Below, in pieces: positions 1 through 11,719 of a DNA stretch of 64,000 nucleotides. The first letter of the stretch is position 1. Each line of letters starts with the position of its first letter. The notes under the pieces are model-generated. The model was not told the origin of the DNA. It was given only the letters and a program-made list of their open reading frames with translations, and ran no database searches. The DNA comes from Mayamaea pseudoterrestris (lineage: Eukaryota), in the NCBI GenBank assembly GCA_027923505.1, contig BROI01000025.1:186001-250000 (forward strand), in the 5' to 3' direction. The position numbers were made by a program, and so were the translations under genes.

Positions 1-300
1 AACGACCAGGATTCGTCCGTTATCATTGACTGGTTTGATGCCGCTCTGAAGCATAGAGTTGTCGATGGATTCAACCTTGAATGGAACAGTGATGGCGTTT
101 GGATTGGCTTTCCACAAGACACGCTGCAGGAAATGACGCGCTTGACTTCACAGCAGGTTGCCATGGAATGGATGCACGATGTAGTCTTTCGTGTTTGGAA
201 CGAATGGGGTGTTTTATTGGTGGATGCCTTGCAGGAATTTTGGAAGACGAGTGTGAATGAATTTTGGCGAGCATGTCGCTGGTCGAATCTCTGTCAGTAA
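1..300 (+). CDS. 3' end of an unknown protein-coding gene (partial, starts before the window)
   Basis: Frame 1 is open from base 1 (NDQDSSVIIDWFDAALKH...EFWRACRWSNLCQ) to TAA at 298-300, followed by AT-rich 3'-UTR-like sequence. It is not in the ORF track. Confidence 0.5.
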   Translation, partial: NDQDSSVIIDWFDAALKHRVVDGFNLEWNSDGVWIGFPQDTLQEMTRLTSQQVAMEWMHDVVFRVWNEWGVLLVDALQEFWKTSVNEFWRACRWSNLCQ

Positions 301-610
301 AGCACATGCTGTATTGTCGCCAAATGAATAAGTGTACGATTAAAATTATCATTTATACGTGTTACTGCCGGAGCCTATGCTCCATGTGCATGTTACTTGT
401 AGTCCGTTTTACAGTTAGTTAGTCTAACAAGAGAAATAAAAATCATCGCTCCGGGACTCGTGTCAACCACTGCGACACTGTCATTGACGTGCGTTGCATT
501 CTCCATCCAACATGACCATCGCCATTCACATTTTCAATTTGCACAATCTTGATGGACCGGATTCTCTTTGTTATATACGCGTATGCACGAAGTCCTGTTA
601 GCCACACTCA

Positions 611-1324
611 TTGAAAGTCATGGTGAAGCAAAGAATATCGTCCAGCGGCGACTCGCCAACGTTGCGACGATTGAGCCTCCAGCACGGCTCGCAGTCGTTG
701 TTTCTTTTGCCTCGAGGTTTGATGATGCTATTCTTGATAATAAACACAGCAGGAGTCCTGGCGTTTGCTCCAAGAAACATTCAAAAACAAAGGATGAGCA
801 GTCTATCTGTTGAAACCGGCCCGCTGTCGGTAGCACTGGACGAGGAAGTGAAACGACAACTGGCCAAGGCGAGAGGTCTTTTGGAACGAGCCAACGAAAG
901 GGAAGCATCCGATGAACTTGCAGCAGCAGCAGCAGCAGCAGCAGCAACTTCCAGTGGCAAAGCTAACGTTAATGATATAGATAGCAATGATAAAGACGAG
1001 AACATTCCAGTCATCGCTCCATTCTTCTTTGCCGCCATGAAGGAACCCGAGAAGCGATCACAAGTCGTCAAGTCAGTCAATGAGAATGGATTAATTACCA
1101 CCGATGGCGAAAAGATGGCCTCACTCTCCGAAGCAGAGTCGTGGGAAATCCGTCGACTCGACGACGTGTTCGTCAGCGAGGCGGCCGTGTCGTCCATGGC
1201 GGGTCGCACCTTGAGTGAGAAGGACGCGGCGGCTGGTATTTTTGCGCTGCGACGGCAGTTGCAAGACTCTGACTTTGCAAGGATATTTGACAAAAGGAAT
1301 CGGTTCATTGGGGATCTTGATTGA
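611..1324 (+). CDS. Hypothetical, probably plastid-targeted protein
   Basis: 237-aa ORF. The hydrophobic signal MMLFLIINTAGVLA is followed by FAP, an ASAFAP-like cleavage site. The true start may be an ATG near 619 or 722. Contains a poly-Ala tract. Confidence 0.7.
   Translation: MKVMVKQRISSSGDSPTLRRLSLQHGSQSLFLLPRGLMMLFLIINTAGVLAFAPRNIQKQRMSSLSVETGPLSVALDEEVKRQLAKARGLLERANEREASDELAAAAAAAAATSSGKANVNDIDSNDKDENIPVIAPFFFAAMKEPEKRSQVVKSVNENGLITTDGEKMASLSEAESWEIRRLDDVFVSEAAVSSMAGRTLSEKDAAAGIFALRRQLQDSDFARIFDKRNRFIGDLD
920..946 (+). repeat. (GCA)9 microsatellite encoding poly-Ala
   Basis: Nine perfect GCA units read directly from the sequence. Confidence 0.95.
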
Positions 1325-1556
1325 AGAGTAAAGTGATTGCAGTGTCAATAAATTTTGCATGCAGGAGTGGGTAGTTTGTGACACGACAAGAATGTGTCGA
1401 AAGAGGTTGCCAACACCAGCCCATGCTATACTGTTGCAAATTGTAAATATCACAATCAAAGATAAAAGAACTACTATTTGTCATTCCTTTGTTAGTTTGC
1501 TATAATTATAAAGATGTCTTGGCAGTCAAAATGGAAGCGAATTAGAGATCGTCCAG

Positions 1557-2187
1557 CTACTTGCTAGATCCAGCATCATCCGTGCCTGGAAGAAGCTTGG
1601 CGGATATTTCCTCCATGTGATCCGCCATTTCAATGTCCTTTATCAAGAGAGACGTTGAACATGATGAGTAACCATTCTACCAAGACAAACTCTCGCAACT
1701 AGCGCATCCATGCACGTTTTGAAACATACCTTGACACTCACGCCGCCACAGTCATGCGTCGAAAGCGTCACCTCCACAATGTTGTAAACGTTGAACCATT
1801 CCGGATGATGGTCCATTTCTTCCGCCACCGACGCCACGCCACTCATGAATTGCCATGCCTGACCAAAGTCTCGAAAGGTAAAGGTTTTGGAAATGGCGTT
1901 GCGATCCGAGCACTGCGAAAAGAATGCGTAGAAAACACAATGCATGAGTGAAACTATCAATCATTTCAGCATGCCATGTGATCCTCTCATTTCATTATTC
2001 TTCCTACCTCCTCCCATGTAAAGGGTGACTTGTACTTGGAGGAAAGCTCCAGAATGGATTTGGTTCGATCAGCGTCCGAAAGAAGTGTCGCCATTGTTCG
2101 TTGCTGAGCGAATGATCGAGAAAGTTTACATGAGTGAAACAATGATGGAGAAAGGCGATGGATTGATAATCTAGCTAGCATGCTCAT
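1557..2187 (-). CDS. PCBD: Pterin-4-alpha-carbinolamine dehydratase, with mitochondrial-type presequence (3 exons)
   Basis: Signature [47 protein letters not shown]. Exons at about 2187-2009, 1913-1730 and 1637-1557 join in frame through GT-AG introns. The N-terminus is rich in Arg, Ser and Leu. Confidence 0.92.
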
Positions 2188-2399
2188 AAAGTTGCTTTGG
2201 TGAGTATTGGGGGAGCAGCGTGATGGATGTGGTCACCGTTTCGTTTTGTTCCGTCGCGGCGGAAGGTGTCGTATCAAAACCGCTGTGACCATTGTGGATC
2301 GTACCGGCATTCACAAGCGTGACAAAAGGGTCGACCGCATCGCGACCACACTACTTCGTCATCAATGTATACTGTCAAGTATCGGCTTACAATCACAAG

Positions 2400-2663
2400 A
2401 TGGAAGCAACAACGACGACCACAGCAGTCATGACAGAGCAACAATCTCGCCAAAATCGAATTCGCGAAAAGCAGGCCCTCATTGTGAGCGGCCTCGGACA
2501 AGCCGTCATGACGCTGCAGCGCATCAACGTTGTTTTGGAAGAACTGGATCAACTGACGGCGAACACAAGCGACTCAACTAGTAACAATGAAACACCGCAT
2601 AACAGCTTGAGTCGCAAGATTGATTTGCTCAAGGATGAACTGCGGCAATGGAAGAACGTCTAG
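2400..2663 (+). CDS. Small helical/coiled-coil protein (87 aa), possibly DASH/Dam1-complex subunit-like
   Basis: ATG 2400 to TAG 2663, divergent from PCBD. Amphipathic helix REKQALIVSGLGQAVMTLQRINVVLEEL and terminal ELRQWKNV. Confidence 0.5.
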   Translation: MEATTTTTAVMTEQQSRQNRIREKQALIVSGLGQAVMTLQRINVVLEELDQLTANTSDSTSNNETPHNSLSRKIDLLKDELRQWKNV

Positions 2664-3149
2664 ATGTCTCGATGATGGATGATGGGTCATGCCCTCTCAT
2701 ACGTCACGTCATTGCTCGAAGCATACATACCTTTCATTCGTCAAGAAAGTTCTGCTAACTTTCAATGGCTCGCTTCCGACTCTTTTTTCCAAATTATCAG
2801 AATAGCGAGACATAGCAGCACTTTAGATCTTTATGTGCAGAAATGAGTGGCAACAGCAATATTTGATATCGTGCCCATTCCTGGCCACGCACGGTTACCA
2901 CTGCGCCAACAGGCTGAACGCCTTGTATCGGTTTTACATACAATCATTCGTGGCAGAGTTACTATTGGGCTGGAAACTTTGTTCATAGTTACCACAAATT
3001 ATTTTGAGAACACGCATCGCCATAAAGGCTCAATGCTTGCTCGATAAGCAACTAGCAAAGGCCATAAAGGGGAAACGACTGTGCGGCACTACAGTATCTA
3101 GTTTAACACTTCATATTTAACTTTACACCTTACTAGCTTACAAAACGTT

Positions 3150-6100
3150 CTACTTGGACTTTTTGCTTGCTCCTCCGTTCAAGCAGCCATCTTTACATTG
3201 AATTAAATCGTTCACTCGCAAACCTTGCTCTCGCAAAATGTCTCGCAAGTCATCGCATGCATCCAGCAGCTTGGCACTCATTTTTGATGGTTTTGAAAGC
3301 GCTGCAGACGCTGCTTGACAAAATTTGTCAGCGGCTTCGTAGAGAGAGTCATTCGGAAACCTCTGCATTATTTCAGCAATTTCTGATAATGCTGCTTCAA
3401 GCCTGGCTTGAACGTCACCCGTCTTGTTCCTGGCCAAAGCAAATTGCCTTGCAGCAAGGCGACAGCTGAGTAGCTCGCGCTGTAGTGGCAAACATTTGAC
3501 TATCGGTTCCACTCTCGTTGCATCTCTGTTGTTCGCCTCTTTTAAAGACGCTCTAGCTTCATTAATGGCACGGACTTCAGCGTCATCACCCAGCGACTTG
3601 GCACATTTCTTGAGCCAAGTGAGATTGGTCAACTTGATGTGAAACAAACGGTGATGCTGATCCAGCGTTTCGGAAAGGTCGTCCAATATTTGCCTTTCCT
3701 GATGCAGTAACTCTTTCGCCTCGACGAACCGCTTCTGCGCCAATGCCACGCACCCCAGCTCGTGCTATGATACAACATAAACAAATAATGTAAGCTTTGA
3801 CTCGTCAAAACTGCATTCACGAAATGTCAACGACAAGATACGTACCAAAACAGTAGAGACTTCTAGATGAATGCCCTGAGAATATGCGTATATTTGCTGC
3901 CTAGCGCGAAGACATTCGGAGAAGTGCTGCCAGGCGTCTTGTAACTGTTCACACTGATACGCCAAAGCTCCTTGCTGAAATCGCACCGCGGCGATGTTAA
4001 TGTGAAGCTTATTTTCTCCAAATAATTCAACGTACAGTTCTAAGGCTTGCGCCAAGTAATTCTCTGCAGCGTCAACGTGTCCATTTCGTATTGCGACCTA
4101 AATAAAACAATTTTGTGAGGCAATGCGAGATATTTGCGACCAATCGACGTACAAATCTACTTACCCTTGCAAGTTGCTTTAAAGTTGCTGCACGTTGGCC
4201 AATATTCATGTTGAGCGTAAGGGCTTCGCGCAGTAGAGCCTCCGCTTTTGAAAGCGATGGAGGTTTCATTGCTACCTGGACAGCTGCAAGTTGATGCAGA
4301 GTTGCAGCGCACTCCGCCTCAACGTCTTCATTGTTCGATTCGCGCTGTAGTTCCTTACGTAGCCGCAGCGACTGGTCGAGAAAGTCAGCTGCTGCACTGA
4401 GATTATGGTTCTTCACCTCAAGAATGCCCAACTCGTGCAGCGTCGCAGCAACATCACGTCGACTCCGACCGTCGGTTCCAGTCAGCCCAATGCGCAGTTC
4501 TAGTGCCTGGTGCAACGCATCTCCTGCTTTTGCTTCGCTGCCGTGATAACGAAAAACTTTTCCTAGCTCATGAAGGCATGCCGCTCGGCTGACCTGTACT
4601 TCTTTACGTTGACCTGTGCCAGCGTTTAGTATATTGAGAGCCACCTCCAACGAATGTTGGGCTTCCTCAAATCTATTCAACGCCATGGCCGAGTACATTC
4701 CAGCTTCTCGTGAGAGTGCTGCTGCCTCCAAAGTCATTAACCCCGGAAGCGTACTTGCATGAGCGACGACAGCTTTCACGTGATTTAAAATGTTGGAAGC
4801 AGGCTGCCAGGAGTCTACCTGGTCTGGTTTAAAGCTCCATAGCTGTTGAATCGCTCGCACAGAAATCTCGATACTATCTGCCTTGCCCGCGTTGCTCTGG
4901 TACATTCGCAACGCCTGCGAAAGCAACCGATGCATTGATCCCTTGCCTTCCTTCACATCCAGCAGCGAATAAGATTTCAAAATTTTCCAGACCCGGTCAG
5001 TTTGTTCAAACACGTCCATGGAGAAGCTTCCAGTTCGCTTTCGCGGCAAGACAACTGATGATTGAGGTTGCTCTGATACATGACCTCCATGCAACATGTA
5101 CCATCGTGACAAATGTATTAATGCGGGAGCGCTTACAGAAGCCACCAAGCCAATTCCAGCACTGCGCCGTTGCGCGGAAGTCTTTGCATTGTTCATCAGT
5201 AACAATGAGGCGCAAGCAGCAACGCTCGACGCAGCAAATGCATACGGATATATTTGAACAATGACATTACCAGTTTCAGATGCAGCAGCAAGATTATCAG
5301 CATCCAAATCAGCTTTTCTCTGTTTCGCTTGCAGTAACGCTCGCAGTATTGGTTTTGTAATGTGGTCAGGTGCAAGGTAAGCTAGAAGAAACAATACCTC
5401 CGATGCAATGGTGCTCTCCTGCTGAATGGCATCCAGACTCAGCGAAAGACTCGAGCTCACCGCCTCGTGACCAAGCGCTTGCGATCCGCTCCGCTCGGAT
5501 TGTTCATATCGCGCCAAATACTCGGAGCATTCAACGTCGCAACGCTTCATGTATGCCGCCGCCACGCCCAGCGCGAGTGGAAGATGACCAAGTCGCTCCG
5601 CCAATTGCTGCGCCGCCTCGCACTGTATGCGATTTTCGCCAATGTTTTCCTTTCCCGCCGACCGGCAGAGCAAATCCACCGACTCGGTCGGTCGAAAGCA
5701 ACCCAGCGGCATGATTTGATGGTCGTCATGATCAGCGTCTCCAACAATGCGCGTGGTAATCAATACATGTCCATATGGTCCACCATGCGGCAGAAACTTG
5801 TCGAGCAGCGCCCGATCCTCCAAATTGTCAAAGACCAACAGCCACGGCACTTTACTGCGAAAGAGTCGCGTCTTGACTTCCGCCAACACGTCATCCGTCG
5901 TCTTTTCCTTCACGTCAACGCCCGTCGTATCCGCCATGAGCTGCTTGTACCCAAGGGTAATGGCTTCGGCACTCTGCGCACTCAGCCACACCACCAAACC
6001 ATAGTACGACGGAAAGTAGCGATAACAATACTCGACGCAAACAGACGTTTTACCAATACCACCCATGCCGACAATCTCCAACCGCGCCAATCGCCCCGAC

Positions 6101-6966
6101 TGTAAATTCTCCGTCCGCTGCAGCACTAACTTGGCGTGAATGTCACGCAGCGCAACATCCCTTCCGGTAAACACGTTATTGCGCGGCGGCAGCGCCCACG
6201 TGCCGCGCATGTGACTCAATAACGTTTTGCTAAACTCCTCGGGGTGCTTGCGATCATTAAAATGTGTAATGCCAACATTCTCCGAAAGCAACTGGTCAAT
6301 GACGTCGTACTGCTTGCGATACAACCACGGTCGTCGGGAAGAGGGCGTGTCGTTCAAAAAATACGACGACCAGCTCGTGGTGGTGTGTATGAACCGCTGC
6401 GCCATGTTTCCGCCGCCCCACTCGAGGCAGCCCTGCAACACCGTGTCCACGTAGGATTGCAGAATCGGATGATCCGGGTCGGCTTCCAAACAATATTGTG
6501 GTTGGGGTACGTAGATCCATAGTTTTTCGTGTTTTTGAATGTGAAATTGTGTATTGTTGTTGTCATTAGTGTTTGACTGCCTCAGTACTCCCTCTAAAGG
6601 CAGTTCTATTCGATCATAGCCAATCTCGCGTCGGTCAAAGGCGGCCAGCATGTTCTTTGGTACGCGAAAGAGCACGCCATTCATGTCACTGCTGCTACCA
6701 TCATTTGTCACACGCTTCACTCCCAGCGCCGTGAATCCCGTGTTACTTCGAAAGTACCAGCCCCGCTGGTAGCCGAGGCGTTTCGAGAGACTGGCAATCT
6801 CGCCGTCCAAGCGGCAGCTGCTGTTGGTGCTGCTCGATGCGGATGATGATAGTAACCAGGAGGCATGCGTTTCGGTATTGATAATGCTGCCAAAACCGAA
6901 AATGTAGTCAAACGAAGTATCGTCGTCGTCGTTGTTTTCGTTAAATGCAGTCATGTATGGTGACAT
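3150..6966 (-). CDS. NLR-like STAND protein: GGCT/AIG2-like domain + NB-ARC + TPR repeats (3 exons)
   Basis: GGCT motifs YIFGFGSI and FDRREIGY. NB-ARC motifs FTGR, Walker A GMGGIGKT, Walker B WLLVFDNLE, LITTR, GHLPLAL and MHRL. TPR units such as AACLHELG, AATLHELG and STVLHELG. Exons 6966-4165, 4097-3846 and 3764-3150 splice in frame. Confidence 0.88.
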
Positions 6967-7180
6967 TAAGAAGTTGTGATGGAGTTGTCTGGTCGAGAAA
7001 ACCCGCGACAATGAATGAGGTGCACGACTGAATCGTTAAGGTTAACGAATTTCAAAACCGCTGCGATTCTGAATGTTCGCGACATCACACGAACCGCAGC
7101 AACAACGTCAACGCCAACAACCCATCTCACATGCAATCCATTCCTTGATTGTCAACAAGAGCATCCTATATTTAAGCATC

Positions 7181-9346
7181 ATGAGAAGGAAGTTGTTTGT
7201 AGCAGCATTATTGTTACGGCAGTTGGAGGAAGCAGCTTCCTTTATTGTAGGTCCATCACGCGGCAACACCATTCCTCAGAGACGTCACTCATTGGCACCT
7301 TGCTTCCAACTCTACGCAACGACGCAGCAGCAGCAGCCAACTAGTAGTACTCACAGTCAATCATCAGTCACGACAATCGAGGAAGACTTGACGGACGTGG
7401 ATACGCGCGTCTTGCAAAGCATGCTGCAGGAGGAGTCGCTCGGTGTCAACACGGAAAATGGCATTCGGCAATTGCTCGAGCGCGGCACCAAGACGAAGAC
7501 AGCAACTAGCAGCCGTGACAGTAGTCATGAATATGAAAGCAGCAGCAACACCAAGTACTCTTCCACAGTCGTCAAAACCTTGAGCGACACGCGTTTATGG
7601 CGCAAACTGTCCGCCCAGGCGGACGATTTGTTGGGGTCGCTGCAACTCTGGGTGAGCAACAAGGTGGAAAACGACTTGCGCGTCGTGACGGCCCTTGGTT
7701 TATTCGCCTGGGATCGCGTGCAGCGCGACGTGGCCCGGGCGCTGCCGGCGCAAATGACGCAACTAAACAAGCCGCTGCTGTTGACGAATTCGAGTTCGTA
7801 TGATGAATTGGCAAACTATCGCTCCTCGTCAGCCTTTACTGACTTGGCGCAACCAGCCGACGAAATTCGCAGCGTCACGCGCACCATTTTAAACATTTTG
7901 TCGGGTCAAACGAGTGACGTCAGTTCGAGTCGTTCGCTCCGCACCGCGGCGCCATCCGGCAAGTTTCGCGTCTCCGACCGCCAGAAACGCGCCTATCAGC
8001 AAGCCACCAAAATGCGCCAACAACAGTCCGATGTCACGCGCATCATTCCCACCGCATTCAACGCGGCGTATGAGCTACGGCGCGAGCTGCAGGCGGAGAC
8101 GAGTCGACCTGGCTACAAGACCAAGCCCATGCGTGTTGCGCTGCAACAAGGTGTTGCGCAAACCAACAATTACTTGAGAGCGGCGCAGCAGCAGCGGCAA
8201 TTGGTGGCATCCAAAAAGGCAGTGGCGCGACTGCAGATGGCGCAACGAAGCATGCAACAAACGCAGGTTGCGCTGTTACAGGAAGTGACGGAGGAGCGAA
8301 TGCAATTGCTGCAGCGACTCAAGCAGTGTATTGACACGCCCGAAAGTACGTGGTTGAGTGAGCAAGTGCTAACAGATGCGGCTGTCGAAAATGATGATAC
8401 ATTGAAACTGGATGGTGATGGCTTGCAGCAGGTTGTTGCAATGATGATTGAAATTCGAGATGACATGGAAGCTGACATTGCTGATGCAAATGGCGACGAC
8501 GAGGTGGACACTGACAGCGAGGCTAGCGCGTTCAACGACATGATCCAAGATCTTGTGGCTGTTCGACATCGCATCGCTGGACTGCAAGACCGGGCGGCTA
8601 CTGCTGTCTCTGGCACTATTGCGGAAACTCTATTTAGCGAGATACTTGGAGTTGATCGCGGTGCATCTGCGCAACCAATCCTGCTTCGACTTGAAGAGTT
8701 GCAGGAAAACTACGACAGATTGCAAACCACAAGGATTGAAGTAGATCGACAGTATGCTGATTTGGAAAGTACCCTGCTTGATCTGGAAAAGACTGTAACA
8801 GACTACAAACTCTCGGGTGATCGAGATGCTGTTGTTTCAAAAGTTGGTGACCAGGAAGACGCTTGGGTTGTCGAGAATGACGATACATTCTCGTCGCGCA
8901 ATATCAAATCGCAGGTCATGGTACCGGACTACTTGGACGTAATCCCAGAGCCCCTATACTCGAAACAATCGTCACCATTTTTCGCCGCCGAGGTAGTTCT
9001 TGACGATGAGCATCACCAGCAAGCATCATCGTCGCCAGGTTTTGTCGCCGAGATTGTCACGGATGAAGACTTTGACGCAGCCTTTGGTCAAGCCAGAGTA
9101 ACGACTACCGTTGAAGCAGGCGACGAAGACGAGGAGCAAACATCAAATCCTCTCGTCGACTTGTCGCTCCGCGCCTTGGACGTTGTCTTTTACGTGCTGG
9201 AAAAGACCATTACGGTGGTCATTCCAAGCACCCTTCGGATAGGGCAAACCGTCTCGGATCGAATACTCGAAATGCAAAAGACCAACAATGGGTCTGCTGG
9301 CTGGGAACGGGTGCGAAACACGGTTGACGCCAAGGGACGGTACTGA
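7181..9346 (+). CDS. Hypothetical plastid-targeted coiled-coil protein
   Basis: Long uninterrupted ORF (7073-9346). Probable start MRRKLFVAALLLRQLEEAAS-FIV (signal peptide, F at +1, then a Ser/Thr/Gln-rich transit-like region). Confidence 0.75.
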   Translation: MRRKLFVAALLLRQLEEAASFIVGPSRGNTIPQRRHSLAPCFQLYATTQQQQPTSSTHSQSSVTTIEEDLTDVDTRVLQSMLQEESLGVNTENGIRQLLERGTKTKTATSSRDSSHEYESSSNTKYSSTVVKTLSDTRLWRKLSAQADDLLGSLQLWVSNKVENDLRVVTALGLFAWDRVQRDVARALPAQMTQLNKPLLLTNSSSYDELANYRSSSAFTDLAQPADEIRSVTRTILNILSGQTSDVSSSRSLRTAAPSGKFRVSDRQKRAYQQATKMRQQQSDVTRIIPTAFNAAYELRRELQAETSRPGYKTKPMRVALQQGVAQTNNYLRAAQQQRQLVASKKAVARLQMAQRSMQQTQVALLQEVTEERMQLLQRLKQCIDTPESTWLSEQVLTDAAVENDDTLKLDGDGLQQVVAMMIEIRDDMEADIADANGDDEVDTDSEASAFNDMIQDLVAVRHRIAGLQDRAATAVSGTIAETLFSEILGVDRGASAQPILLRLEELQENYDRLQTTRIEVDRQYADLESTLLDLEKTVTDYKLSGDRDAVVSKVGDQEDAWVVENDDTFSSRNIKSQVMVPDYLDVIPEPLYSKQSSPFFAAEVVLDDEHHQQASSSPGFVAEIVTDEDFDAAFGQARVTTTVEAGDEDEEQTSNPLVDLSLRALDVVFYVLEKTITVVIPSTLRIGQTVSDRILEMQKTNNGSAGWERVRNTVDAKGRY

Positions 9347-9629
9347 GTTTGTCGAGGTTCGAAACTATTGGTGTTTTCCGCTCTATGAACATCAACTGGC
9401 TATCAACGAACAAAGAAATACTCGTCGGCTCTACTCCTATCAGCGAATGAGACTACCAGGCCTACGCTTCGACTATTAATATTCTACAACAAGACAATTA
9501 TGGATACAGCAAGGATTTAACGATAAACCCTATTTTGTTAACTGTGCGCTCCATCTACGACGCTGCATTGATGCATCTCGTGACATTCTCCCCATCCCAT
9601 TCACCTAGGAACTACCGATAGCTCCACTA

Positions 9630-10485
9630 CTAACTGAGAAACAACTTGGTGCACTGCTGCACCGTATCATCTGGACTCGTCACCGTATGACCAATCGTTC
9701 GCTCATGCGTAAATATCTCATAGTCGTTGCCACCCTCAAAAGTCTTGTCACCAAAAAAGTGAATTTCATCGTAATCTTCCGCCTTGATAAAGTTCAAGCA
9801 GTACGTCTTGTCCCAGCCGGCCGGAAAGCAGTCGAAGGAGATTTGTCCGCCAATGCTATACGTTAGATTCAAGTCGGCAAACTCTTGGCGCATGGCTTCC
9901 ACCATGGTTTGGCGCACATTGTGCTTCAAGTCGTAAATTTCGTACTCGTTGCGCTCCTCGCGAGAACAGTTGCGACCAATGGGAGAAATGTTGAACATGC
10001 CGCTGTTTTGAAGGAGAGATTATGAGGTTAAGGGGTGATGATCGATTCATTGTGATCAAACCGAGCGCACAATATCGTTTCCAAGTAAACTATTCTCACC
10101 TTCGAAACTCGAAAAAGGTTCCCCTCTTGACTGGAAGATCCAGCTCCGAAACGTATTTTAACACCCAATTGATGATACGCTTGACGTTGTCTTCTCCCAA
10201 ATGCTTGGCAATCGTTTGCACCTCGAGCAAGCTGCCGTTCTTGTAGGCGACGAGTCCATTCTGCGAAAAGTTCCACGGATACTGCGCCACGACACCAGCT
10301 CCCAGTTGCTCCTCCTGCTTAATCAAATCGGAGCCGCCGACAATGCCGACCGTAATCTTGCGACTGAGCATGGTCATGAAGGCAGTCATTTCCAACGTGA
10401 TTTCGCCACGTGGAATGGTCAAGGTGCCGTCAACGTCAAAGAGCGCCAATATGCGAGGATTCTCGGGAGCGTCAGTCGTTGACAT
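9630..10485 (-). CDS. PMM: Phosphomannomutase (HAD family, SEC53/PMM2), 2 exons
   Basis: Motifs [51 protein letters not shown] and [15 protein letters not shown]. Intron 10003-10099 restores the frame. Confidence 0.97.
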
Positions 10486-10843
10486 GATTGTAATGTAATG
10501 AGGGAGAGAGTAAAGAGACGAGACAAGGTGACGATTTGCTTGCTCGGAGGGAGGAAGGGAGCAAGGTGAATCTGTGAAGGGTTTTGTGCGACCGTTGGAC
10601 CTGTCAAAACCAGTGCGACGGTATGATGCGGGTGCCGGACGGACGCTTTCGTCTCGCAGCCACGAACGGTTCCGTTTCTTCGTCGCTTCACTTTCTTCTT
10701 TCGTCGAATAGAATTAAGTCCAAGCAAGAAGCCAAATCTAAACAACAGACGCAGGATCCTTTAATTTTGCTTTGTTAGAAGGAAGAGAGTCACTTAATCT
10801 TTAGCCTTGATACATTTCCTGTACAGCCTCTTTACAACCGAGC

Positions 10844-11239
10844 ATGCCAGAATCAAACAACGCCGCCAAGAAGCGCCAACAAAAGGCCAATCGCGCCATG
10901 GGCTTGGGCGACGAGCAAGGCCGACTAGTACGCGTCAAGGAACCACCAAAACTGGCGCTATGCACAGTATGTCAACAGGAAATGAAGATTACCAAAACGA
11001 ATACGGAACTGACCATGCACGCGGAATCGAAACATGGATCAACGCTCGATGCGTGTTTTCCGGGAGCGGCGGCCATTGCGGCGGAACTAGTGGCGGCAGT
11101 CAGTAAAAAGGGATCAGCAGCAGATGGTAGTAGTGGAGCAGCAGCGACAGGCAAGCCGGCTGCCAAGGCTAAAGACAAGGCGGGGCTGGATGACTTGCTG
11201 AATGCTGGATTGGCGCCGACGAAAAAGGGAAAGAAATGA
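10844..11239 (+). CDS. Small C2H2 zinc-finger protein (ZNF706/At2g23090-like)
   Basis: CTVCQQEM...ELTMHAESKH...DACFP, with basic N- and C-termini. Confidence 0.75.
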   Translation: MPESNNAAKKRQQKANRAMGLGDEQGRLVRVKEPPKLALCTVCQQEMKITKTNTELTMHAESKHGSTLDACFPGAAAIAAELVAAVSKKGSAADGSSGAAATGKPAAKAKDKAGLDDLLNAGLAPTKKGKK

Positions 11240-11719
11240 AGATTCAGCATGTAGCTTTGATCACTAATAGAAATTATAATCATCTTACAACTACTGTAAG
11301 TTGTATTGGTACTACATGAGTTCGACAATACTGTGATGAGAGTTTGGAGGTCGCAGGTCGCCTCCGTCGTCGAGTACCGTTCAGACTGTCTTTTCATCTT
11401 GCTTGAAACTGTTCAAGGGAATCCTCGATTTGATGTGATGCAATCGAGGACTCCCGCAGCAACAAGAAAGGGGCCCTCACGACTTCCAACACCCGAGAGC
11501 GTAGACCACCGCAACTCAAATGGGGTTGACGGGAGTCCTCGATTCATGTCAACGCGGTGGAAGCTAGGATTGAGGACTCTCGCACAGCAAGTGTGAATCA
11601 GATCGCCCCTTTTTTCGTCAAACAATGCTCTCAGCAACCAAACTACTCTGCTCACAATCCAGCATTCCGCTCACTACACAAGCGACTTTTCTACAACTCA
11701 AACTACCAAGAGCATCATC

